Source: a bacterium (lineage in GTDB: Bacteria; Patescibacteriota; Minisyncoccia; UBA6257; GWB1-50-10). From it: a DNA stretch of 36,638 nucleotides. The DNA is taken from positions 1-36,638 of the forward strand of contig JAKAGX010000002.1 in NCBI GenBank assembly GCA_021825465.1, in the 5' to 3' direction. The notes under the pieces are model-generated. The model saw only the letters and a list, made by a program, of their open reading frames with translations, was not told the DNA's origin and ran no database searches. This document shows positions 8,604-15,387 of the stretch, one piece after another. Made by a program: the position numbers and the translations under genes. Each line of letters opens with the position of its first letter. The first letter of the stretch is position 1.

Positions 8604-8778
8604 GCTCACGAAGGCCGAAAAGGACGGGCTGGTCTTTAAATATGTAAGGCTGGCCATAAACCGGAAAAACGGCGCCAACGGCGAAGTGAAGAAAGAAATG
8701 GAAGAAATACGCGAGGCCCTCAATATGTCACACGAAGACATCATTCGAGAAGCCGAGCGTCTCACCACCGGCGCATAG
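8593..8778 (+). CDS. hypothetical small protein
   Basis: 61-aa ORF. It overlaps the previous ORF by 11 nt and is followed by a terminator hairpin. No recognised family. Confidence 0.4.
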   Translation: MKSKLTKAEKDGLVFKYVRLAINRKNGANGEVKKEMEEIREALNMSHEDIIREAERLTTGA

Positions 8779-8790
8779 TCTAAAAACCAA

Positions 8791-8828
8791 GGAGCGGTTT
8801 CACCAAAAGAGCCGCTCCTATTTTTTTA
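8791..8828 (+). terminator. rho-independent terminator (potentially bidirectional; overlaps the ileS stop)
   Basis: GGAGCGG at 8791-8797 pairs with CCGCTCC at 8812-8818, followed by a T run. An A run precedes it, so it could also terminate the convergent ileS. Confidence 0.6.
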
Positions 8829-11800
8829 TCCCGATCCAGATCGGATCGCCGTCGAACTTCGTCTCGATCTCAGCGTCGAACTTGTCGGAACGCTTGAGGA
8901 AAATTTCCGAAGCGTTTATTTCTTTCATCAGGAGTTTTTCATTGCGCCCCACAATATTTTTAACCTCGGGTTGGGCTTCAATGAGAAGCGTTATCTTGTC
9001 TTTGGGAACAAACCCGCCGTCTTGGCGAAGATCTTGGATCATGCGCACGAGCTCGCGAACCGTTCCCTCCTCTTTAAGCTTCGGCGTGATCACCGTGTCG
9101 AGGACGAAATCCTCTTTTAACTTGGAGTCGAAGGTCACTTCTTTTACATTGATTTCATCCTTTAAAATTTCGAGAAGAGCCGCATCCATCTTCGATCTCG
9201 AATCCTTAACCGCGAGCGACGCGAGGGGCTGGCGTACTTTGATCCCCAATTCCGCACGCTTCGCGAGGGCAGCACTCGCGAGATCGCGCACCGTCTTCAT
9301 GCCGTGTAACAATTTCGAGTTCCGAGTTTCGAGTTTCGGGCTGGTCTTAGGCCATTCCTCCAGGTGGACCGAGAGCTCACCCTTCAAAGAGACGGACCGA
9401 TAGAGCGCATCGGCGAAGAACGGCATAAAAGGAGCAAGGAGCTTGGTAAGTTCGGTAAGACAATACCGGAGCGTCGCCGACGCCGCGGCATAATCCTTCT
9501 TGTTGTCCGGCTTTTGGAGCCGCCTCCGCGAACGGCGGATATACCACCGCGAAAGGTCGTTCACGAACTCTTCAATCGACTTGCCGGCGCCGCCGATATC
9601 ATACGCATCAAGGGCTTTGGTCGAAACAGCGATGGCTTCGTCGAGGCGCGCGATGATCCACCGATCGAGAACGTTCGATTTCGCGGTCGGCGCTTTATAT
9701 TTGGCGCTTTTATCGGCGTACGTCCGGTAGAAAACGTACGAGTTGTACATCATGAGGATGAACTGACGGAGCACTTTCCCGAGGTCTGCTTCGTCGAAGC
9801 GCTTCGGTTCGCCCGGCGCATTCACGGTATAAAAATACCACCGGACGGTATCGGCGCCGTATTTTTGGATCATGTCCCACGGGCTCACGGTATTTCCCTT
9901 TGACTTCGACATCTTTTGGGCGTTCTTATCGAGCAGGAGGCCCAAGGAGATCACGTTCCGGTACGGTGCTTTTTTCTTCAAGAGCGTTGCGACGGCAAGG
10001 AGCGTATAGAACCAGCCGCGCGTTTGATCGATCCCTTCAACGATGTAATCGGCGGGATACAGAAGCTTTGTCTTGTTCTCGAAAGGATAGTGGTCTTCGG
10101 CGAAGGGCATCGATCCGGAATCGAACCAAACGTCCGCGACCTCGGGAATCCGCTTCATCGTCCCGCCGCATGTGCATTGAAAAACGGCTTCGTCGACGTA
10201 CGGTTTATGGAGATCGATCTCGCCGGTATCGTTCCGGGGGATTATTTTGAGGCCGAGCTTCCGGATTTCGGCGAACGTTATAAAATCATCGCCCCGCTTT
10301 TCTTTTTCAGCGATCGCCTCGCGCTCCGTCCACCCTTCGGCAACCTGGAAAAGCATCCAAATCGGGTACTCGTGCGTCACGAGAAGGATGTTCTTTCCCT
10401 CATACTTCGACTCGCATTCCTTGAGGAAATTCCACAAGCGCGTCCGAAGATCGCGGACCGACTCCCCTCCTTCGGGCCGCCGCTCGAATTTCGACTGAAA
10501 GGTCGGGAAAAGCACGTGGTATTTCTCATCGTGGCAGCCCATGAGGTCCGCCCCCAATTGGATCTCTTCAAGACGCTTGTCCACCTTCGCATCCGCCGTG
10601 CCCAGTATCCCAAGATCAATCTCATCGGTTTCCTTCGTCCGCAAAATATCGGACGTGATGACGACGTCGATCTTCTTCCCCTTCCGGGCAAGCTCGTGCT
10701 TGAACTTTTTGATCGACAATTCGACTTGCCGCTTGCCGCGGGCGGTCAGGTGGAATTTCGTTTTTGTCGCATCGATGATATCAAGGACGTTGTTTTCCGC
10801 TTCGCCGTGGCGCATGACCCAATAGCTGTTCTTCGGGCGGCCGAGTTTTTTTGCGAGCTCGCCGACGCCCCCTAAGACTTCGGTCCTGCCGCATTTTTTG
10901 CAGACCCAAACCGGAAGCGGCGTTCCCCAATACCGTTCGCGCGAGATCGCCCAATCCTTGACATCCTTCAGCCATTCGCCGAATCTTCCGTTTTTAATGG
11001 TCGCAGGGACCCAGTTCACCGTCTTATTCGAAGCCAAAAGCTCGCGCTTCAATTTGGACATGCCGATGAACCACGAATCGCGCGCGTAGTAAAGGATCGG
11101 CGTGCCGCATCGCCAGCAAAACGGGTATTCGTGCTCATACTTTTCGGTCTTTAAAAGGAAATTCCGCTCCTTGAGAAGTTCGAATATCTTTTCTTCGGTT
11201 TCTTTCGCCTTCACGTACATCCCCGCAAGCTCCGGGACATCGGCGGTGAATTTCCCCGACGTATCGACGGTATGATGTTTCGGCAAGCCGACCTTCGTTC
11301 CCAATTGGTAATCGTCCTCGCCGTACATGACGGCCGTATGAACGACGCCGGTCCCGTCTTCAGTCGTCACGAAATCGGCCGGATATACCCGATACGAGCT
11401 CTCTGTTTTCAATTTTTTGACGTCGAAGAGCGGTTCATACCGCAAGCCGACGAGATCCTTGCCACTGAAAGTATTGAGTATCTGGTATTTAGTATTGAGT
11501 ACTTTATCTGCCAAAAGAGAAGCGATAATGTATTTTTCATCGCTCCCTTCAATACTGACTACTGTATACTTGATACTCTCGCCAACTGCGAGGGCGACAT
11601 TTCCGGGGAGCGTCCACGGCGTCGTCGTCCATGAAAGGACGTAGGTATTGCCATCGGTCGTAAAGCTTCTGCCGATCGTCTGGTTCGGCAAAAGCCTGAA
11701 CTTCATGTACACCGACATATCCTCGGTCGTCTTGTACCCTTGGGCGAGCTCGTGCGACGACAAGGCCGTCCCGCACCGCGTGCACCACGAAATCACCTTA

Positions 11801-12492
11801 TGCCCCTGGTAGAGGAGTTTTTTCTTGTGGACCTCGGAGAAGATCCACCACAAGGTCTCCATGTAATTCTTGTCGTACGTGATGTACGGATGATCCATGT
11901 CGAGCCAAAAGCCGATGCGCTCGGTGATCCGCTCCCACTCGTCCTTGTATTCCCATACCGACTCGCGGCATTTTTTATTGAACGCCGCAATGCCGTATTC
12001 TTCGATCTCTTTCTTCGATCTCAACCCGAGCTTTTTTTCAACCTCGATCTCAACCGGCAGACCGTGCGTATCCCATCCGGCCCGGCGCGGAACGGAAAAT
12101 CCGGCCATTGTCCTGTACCGGAGGACGATGTCCTTGAACGAGCGCGAGAGCACATGGTGGATGCCCGGACGGCCGTTCGCCGTGGGAGGGCCTTCGTAAA
12201 AAACGAACTTCTTTTTAGCTTTGTTCTTTTTGAGCGACTTCTCAAAAATGCCGTTTTCTTTCCAGAACTTCAACACCTTCTCTTCGACCTCCGGCAGGGA
12301 GAATGCGGAACCCGCCTCAAAAATATCCTTTCTGCTCCGATCCCCCCGGTTCGGCTGCGGCTTCTTCACTCCTCCTCGCTGGATTTGCTTTGCCAATACA
12401 GCATCGTCGTCGTTCTTTGCCTCGCTCGAACCGGAGTGGACGTCGCGACGAAAAACATCTTTGGGGCGGGTTCTGTCCGAATCATCAAGCAT
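8818..12492 (-). CDS. ileS: isoleucine--tRNA ligase (type 2-like) carrying an internal histidine-phosphatase-like insertion; 5' boundary uncertain
   Basis: 1224-aa ORF. Motifs present: PPTANGRPGIHH (HIGH region), the editing domain WTTTPWTLPGN, KMSKS, and zinc motifs CWRCG, CKKCG and CTCGG. Residues ~555-755 are not IleRS-like (see findings). The first ~62 codons coincide with a repeated RNA-like element. Confidence 0.93.
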   Translation of the reverse strand: MLDDSDRTRPKDVFRRDVHSGSSEAKNDDDAVLAKQIQRGGVKKPQPNRGDRSRKDIFEAGSAFSLPEVEEKVLKFWKENGIFEKSLKKNKAKKKFVFYEGPPTANGRPGIHHVLSRSFKDIVLRYRTMAGFSVPRRAGWDTHGLPVEIEVEKKLGLRSKKEIEEYGIAAFNKKCRESVWEYKDEWERITERIGFWLDMDHPYITYDKNYMETLWWIFSEVHKKKLLYQGHKVISWCTRCGTALSSHELAQGYKTTEDMSVYMKFRLLPNQTIGRSFTTDGNTYVLSWTTTPWTLPGNVALAVGESIKYTVVSIEGSDEKYIIASLLADKVLNTKYQILNTFSGKDLVGLRYEPLFDVKKLKTESSYRVYPADFVTTEDGTGVVHTAVMYGEDDYQLGTKVGLPKHHTVDTSGKFTADVPELAGMYVKAKETEEKIFELLKERNFLLKTEKYEHEYPFCWRCGTPILYYARDSWFIGMSKLKRELLASNKTVNWVPATIKNGRFGEWLKDVKDWAISRERYWGTPLPVWVCKKCGRTEVLGGVGELAKKLGRPKNSYWVMRHGEAENNVLDIIDATKTKFHLTARGKRQVELSIKKFKHELARKGKKIDVVITSDILRTKETDEIDLGILGTADAKVDKRLEEIQLGADLMGCHDEKYHVLFPTFQSKFERRPEGGESVRDLRTRLWNFLKECESKYEGKNILLVTHEYPIWMLFQVAEGWTEREAIAEKEKRGDDFITFAEIRKLGLKIIPRNDTGEIDLHKPYVDEAVFQCTCGGTMKRIPEVADVWFDSGSMPFAEDHYPFENKTKLLYPADYIVEGIDQTRGWFYTLLAVATLLKKKAPYRNVISLGLLLDKNAQKMSKSKGNTVSPWDMIQKYGADTVRWYFYTVNAPGEPKRFDEADLGKVLRQFILMMYNSYVFYRTYADKSAKYKAPTAKSNVLDRWIIARLDEAIAVSTKALDAYDIGGAGKSIEEFVNDLSRWYIRRSRRRLQKPDNKKDYAAASATLRYCLTELTKLLAPFMPFFADALYRSVSLKGELSVHLEEWPKTSPKLETRNSKLLHGMKTVRDLASAALAKRAELGIKVRQPLASLAVKDSRSKMDAALLEILKDEINVKEVTFDSKLKEDFVLDTVITPKLKEEGTVRELVRMIQDLRQDGGFVPKDKITLLIEAQPEVKNIVGRNEKLLMKEINASEIFLKRSDKFDAEIETKFDGDPIWIGIKK
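12308..12473 (-). ncRNA. structured repeat element, copy 2 (homolog of 14766-14930), inside the annotated 5' end of ileS
   Basis: The closing helix pairs GAACCCGCCCCAAAGATGTTTTTC with GAAAGGATATTTTTGAGGCGGGTTC. A 77-nt ungapped core differs at 8 positions from the copy upstream of ssrA. Substitutions in the helices are compensatory. Confidence 0.55.
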
Positions 12493-12500
12493 TGATGCTC

Positions 12501-12528
12501 ATTTTACCAGAAAATTTACATCTAACAA
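12501..12528 (-). promoter_or_regulatory. sigma-70-type promoter upstream of ileS
   Basis: On the minus strand: TTGTTA (reverse complement of 12523-12528), a 16-nt spacer, then TAAAAT (reverse complement of 12501-12506). The -10 ends 8 nt before ATG 12492. Confidence 0.45.
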
Positions 12529-12538
12529 CTCTCCCAAA

Positions 12539-12688
12539 CGGCTCTGATTTCTTCAAGAAAACCGTTGCGGAGTCCGAGCGGGCACGGTCCCGGCCAGTCC
12601 GTGGACCGGCTGGGGAGCGAGGATGAGCACGAGCGCGCGTTTCACGCCGGGAAACGCGACGCGTGTTTGCGAGAAGAAATCAGAGCCG
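12539..12688. other. GC-rich structured intergenic element closed by a perfect 16-bp helix (unknown identity)
   Basis: CGGCTCTGATTTCTTC at 12539-12554 pairs with GAAGAAATCAGAGCCG at 12673-12688. Internal hairpins include CGCGTTTC/GAAACGCG and CCGGTC-CACG-GACTGG (minus-strand reading). Confidence 0.4.
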
Positions 12689-12697
12689 ATCCGTCCT

Positions 12698-14284
12698 CTA
12701 CATCTCTTCCGGCGGCACAATACCCAAAAGGCGAAAGGTGTTCTCAAAAACGATGGCGGATGCGGTAACCAAGGCGAGCTTCGGCCGTTCACGCTCGCTG
12801 CCGATCACCTTTTCTTCTTCATAAAAATTGTGGAACGATTTGACGGCCCCCATGAGATACCGGGTAAGCCGATGGACTTCGTAATCCCGCGCCGACTCGG
12901 CAACAACATCGGGAAAAGAGGCAAGGCGGACCATCAGTTCGCGCTCGGCAACCGAACCCAAAGCACTGAGGTCTTGCGTCTTTGCTTTCACCGGAACGCC
13001 GGCCTTCGCGAGGATCTTTTTTGCGCGTACGAGGGCATACTCGGCATAAAACACGGGATTTTTCGACGAACGCTCCTTCGCTAAATCCAAATCGAAATCG
13101 ATGTGAGAATTCGCGCCGACCGCAAGGAAGAAAAACTTCGCGACATCAACACCGACCTCATCCACGAGATCCTCGAACGTGACGAACGTCCCTTTACGCT
13201 TCGACATTTTGACAAACTCTTCCCCTTTCTTGATGAGAATGGCCTGCGTTATCACAACGTCCGATCTTTTGAATTTCAAGATGTCCGCGACCGCCTGGAT
13301 CCGCCGCACATAGCCGTAATGGTCGGGGCCCAAAACATTGATCTTCCAGTCAAACCCCCGTTTTTTGGTCTCGAGATAGTGGCCGGCGTCGACCAAAAAA
13401 TATGTCGGGAGGTTATCTTTCGTAAGAAGCACCCGGTCCTTGTCGTCGCTAAAATCGGTCGTTTTGAGCCACACGGCGCCGTCGCGTTCATATACCTTTC
13501 CCGACTTCCGAAGGAGCCGCAACGCCTTTTCGGGAAGTTTTTTCTTCCGAACGCTCCGCTCCGATGTATACCGATCGAAATGTATGCCGGATTTTTTTTC
13601 GATGACGTGCTTGATGCCCTCCAAAAAATCATCCGCCGCCCGCTCGCCGACGGCCTCCGGGTCTTCCCGATGCCGTTCCACGAACGCGCGGTTCCTGCCC
13701 GCCCATTCTTTGACGTATTCGCCTTGATAAAATTCTTCGGAGCTTTCGATGAATCCCAATGCGGCAAGGATCGATCTTCCGAGCGTTAAAACCTGATTGC
13801 CGCTGTCGTTCACGTAGTATTCGCGTTCGACGTCGGCACCGGCAAAAGCAAGGACATTCGAAAGCGCGGTTCCGTAAAAACCGCCGCGGCCGTTCGCAAG
13901 CGTCAGGGGTCCCGTGGGGTTTGCCGATATGAATTCGACTTGCACGCGCCCCTTGACCGACCGGGAAGAACCGTACTTCATGCCCGCTTTTATAATCTCG
14001 CCGATCTCCCTTTGAAGCGACTTCTTCGAGACCCAAAAATTAATGAAGCCGTTTTCCGAAACGCCGATCCGGTCCACCGCGTCGATCGGAGACCTCCGAA
14101 ACGAATCCGCGAACTCGTTTGCCGCTTCCCGCGGAGATCTTTTTTCGGACCTCGCAAGCGCAAATGCGATGTTTGTCGCATAGTCGGCATCGGTCGCCTT
14201 TTTATCCGGAACTTCGACCGAAAATCCGGTCTCAAGACCGGTCATCTCCTTCAGCTTTCTTTCTATTTCCTCTTTTATCGTCAT
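12698..14284 (-). CDS. argS: arginine--tRNA ligase
   Basis: The track ORF extends to 14518, but that part overlaps smpB antisense and is not ArgRS-like. The real N-terminus, MTIKEEIERKLKEMTG, starts at ATG 14284. Also present are the N-terminal Arg_tRNA_synt_N-like domain, SANPTGPLTLANGRG (HIGH-equivalent) and a C-terminal DALR-type domain. Confidence 0.9.
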   Translation of the reverse strand: MTIKEEIERKLKEMTGLETGFSVEVPDKKATDADYATNIAFALARSEKRSPREAANEFADSFRRSPIDAVDRIGVSENGFINFWVSKKSLQREIGEIIKAGMKYGSSRSVKGRVQVEFISANPTGPLTLANGRGGFYGTALSNVLAFAGADVEREYYVNDSGNQVLTLGRSILAALGFIESSEEFYQGEYVKEWAGRNRAFVERHREDPEAVGERAADDFLEGIKHVIEKKSGIHFDRYTSERSVRKKKLPEKALRLLRKSGKVYERDGAVWLKTTDFSDDKDRVLLTKDNLPTYFLVDAGHYLETKKRGFDWKINVLGPDHYGYVRRIQAVADILKFKRSDVVITQAILIKKGEEFVKMSKRKGTFVTFEDLVDEVGVDVAKFFFLAVGANSHIDFDLDLAKERSSKNPVFYAEYALVRAKKILAKAGVPVKAKTQDLSALGSVAERELMVRLASFPDVVAESARDYEVHRLTRYLMGAVKSFHNFYEEEKVIGSERERPKLALVTASAIVFENTFRLLGIVPPEEM

Positions 14285-14310
14285 AAATCTTATTTTTAGT
14301 ATATACCAAG

Positions 14311-14766
14311 ATGAGGTACTATGAATACCATACAATGGCCATATTTGCGGAAAACAAAAGAGCTCTCTTCGACTACGAGATCCTCGGGGCATTCGAGGCC
14401 GGCATTGTGCTGAAAGGCTACGAAGCAAAGGCCGTAACGAGCGGCCGCGTGAACCTTTCGGGATCCTACGCTTCCCTCGTGCGGGGCGAGCTTTGGATCG
14501 TGAATCTCGACATCCCACCCTATCAGCCGAAGAATATCCCCGGCCTATACGATCCCAAGCGGTCGAGAAAACTCCTCGTTACCAAAAGCGAACTCGATGA
14601 ACTTATCGGAAAGACGAAGGGGTTGACACTTATTCCGATGAAGATGTATAGTAAGCGCGGCAAAATAAAGCTCGAGATCGGACTCGCAAAATCGAGGAAG
14701 AAGAAAGACAAGCGCGAGGTCATCAAGCAACGCGAAACTCAGAAAGAAATCAAGCGCTTTATCTAG
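14311..14766 (+). CDS. smpB: SsrA-binding protein SmpB
   Basis: Motifs NKRALFDYEILGAFEAGIVLKGYEAKAV and KLLVTKSELDEL, with a basic C-terminal tail. The alternative start ATG 14335 (MAIFAENKRA...) matches the usual SmpB N-terminus better. Confidence 0.9.
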   Translation: MRYYEYHTMAIFAENKRALFDYEILGAFEAGIVLKGYEAKAVTSGRVNLSGSYASLVRGELWIVNLDIPPYQPKNIPGLYDPKRSRKLLVTKSELDELIGKTKGLTLIPMKMYSKRGKIKLEIGLAKSRKKKDKREVIKQRETQKEIKRFI

Positions 14767-14930
14767 AGCCCATCTCAAGAGTATCTTTCGTCACGAGCCT
14801 CCGGTTTTCCGAGCGAGGCAAGGAACGACGACGAAGCTGTATCGACAAGGCAGATCCAGCGAGGAGGAGTGACGAAGCCGCAGCCGGAAAAGCGAAGGTA
14901 CAGTAGAAAGGATACTCTTGAGGTGGGCTC
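14766..14930 (+). ncRNA. structured repeat element, copy 1, 4 nt upstream of tmRNA
   Basis: The closing helix pairs GAGCCCATCTCAAGAGTATCTTTC (14766-14789) with GAAAGGATACTCTTGAGGTGGGCTC (14906-14930). A second helix pairs CCTCCGGTTTTCCG with CGGAAAAGCGAAGG. There is a purine-rich internal bubble. The apical hairpin is GCTGTATC-GACAAGGCA-GATCCAGC. Confidence 0.55.
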
Positions 14931-14934
14931 CTAT

Positions 14935-15271
14935 GGGGGCGCACGCTTCGACAGGAAAGCTCTTTGAAAGTAGCAAGCCGAGGGGCGGTAAACTCGTAAA
15001 ACTGCCGCACAAAAGAACTGACAACAATAAAGTTGCAGCCCCGGCATTGGCGTTCGCTTAATGCCGGCCCCGGTTCCACGAGAATCGGGCATCGGTCCTC
15101 TCTTCCCGCAGGAGGATAACCGGTGTCATATCGCGGGATCGCTCGCCCCAAGGGGTTCCCCATACCGGCGAGTTAAACCATCGGGAACGATTTTGCTCTC
15201 TTTTCGAGAACTAAGCTTGTAGAATACTCTCAAATAATTTCTTGGACGAGGGTCCAATCCCTCCGCCTCCA
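14935..15271 (+). ncRNA. ssrA: tmRNA (transfer-messenger RNA)
   Basis: The 5' end is GGGGGCGCACGCTTCGACAGG. The 3' end is GGACGAGGGTCCAATCCCTC-CGCCTCC-A. The acceptor helix GGGGGCG/CGCCTCC contains the G3-U70 alanine identity pair. The tag reading frame ends ...GAC AAC AAT AAA GTT GCA GCC CCG GCA TTG GCG TTC GCT TAA (DNNKVAAPALAFA*), with the stop codon inside a hairpin. It lies next to smpB. CCA is not encoded. Confidence 0.9.
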
Positions 15272-15281
15272 CAATCAAAAA

Positions 15282-15306
15282 GGCCGGCATTCATGCCGGC
15301 CTTTTT
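15282..15306 (+). terminator. rho-independent terminator of ssrA
   Basis: GGCCGGCA-TTCA-TGCCGGCC followed by TTTTT. Confidence 0.85.
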
Positions 15307-15352
15307 GATTGGTTGCTGCAGAGCGACTCGCGACGGTCCATTCCCTCCCCGT

Positions 15353-15381
15353 TTGCATTTTGGCGCATTTTTTATTAGTAT
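15353..15381 (+). promoter_or_regulatory. sigma-70-type promoter of the infC-rpmI-rplT operon
   Basis: TTGCAT (15353-15358), a 17-nt spacer, then TAGTAT (15376-15381). Confidence 0.45.
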
Positions 15382-15387
15382 TCTCGT

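Noticed and set aside
12539-12688. SRP (4.5S) RNA or RNase P RNA in the GC-rich intergenic elements, also considered for 20458-20733 and 32608-32737 (for example CCGGAACCAAGCAG versus SRP UCCGGAAGGAAGCAG).
   Set aside because: The GGAA tetraloop is not closed by the required C-G pairs, and the symmetric/asymmetric loop pattern of SRP helix 8 is absent. No GGAAAGUCCGG or ACAGAAxCCGGCUUA RNase P core strings are present. The resemblance is limited to short strings.
12308-12690. A T-box riboswitch upstream of ileS.
   Set aside because: I found no T-box consensus (GGUGGNACCGCG-like with a UGGN bulge) and no specifier-loop/K-turn layout. A homologous copy of the 12308-12473 element sits in front of ssrA, which is not an amino-acid-responsive gene.
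14285-14518. The 78-codon N-terminal extension of ArgRS in the track ORF (start 14518).
   Set aside because: The extension is Arg/Ser-rich nonsense and fully overlaps smpB on the opposite strand. The canonical ArgRS N-terminus MTIKEEIERKL starts at ATG 14284.
14764-14960. The reading frame stays open for ~60 codons after the smpB TAG stop, suggesting stop-codon readthrough or reassignment and a shared peptide with the IleRS N-terminus.
   Set aside because: The shared 'peptide' is explained by the shared nucleotide repeat. Substitutions between the copies are predominantly non-synonymous, and the helices covary at RNA level. The frame also runs into the tmRNA gene. TAG, TAA and TGA all terminate well-supported genes elsewhere in the window.
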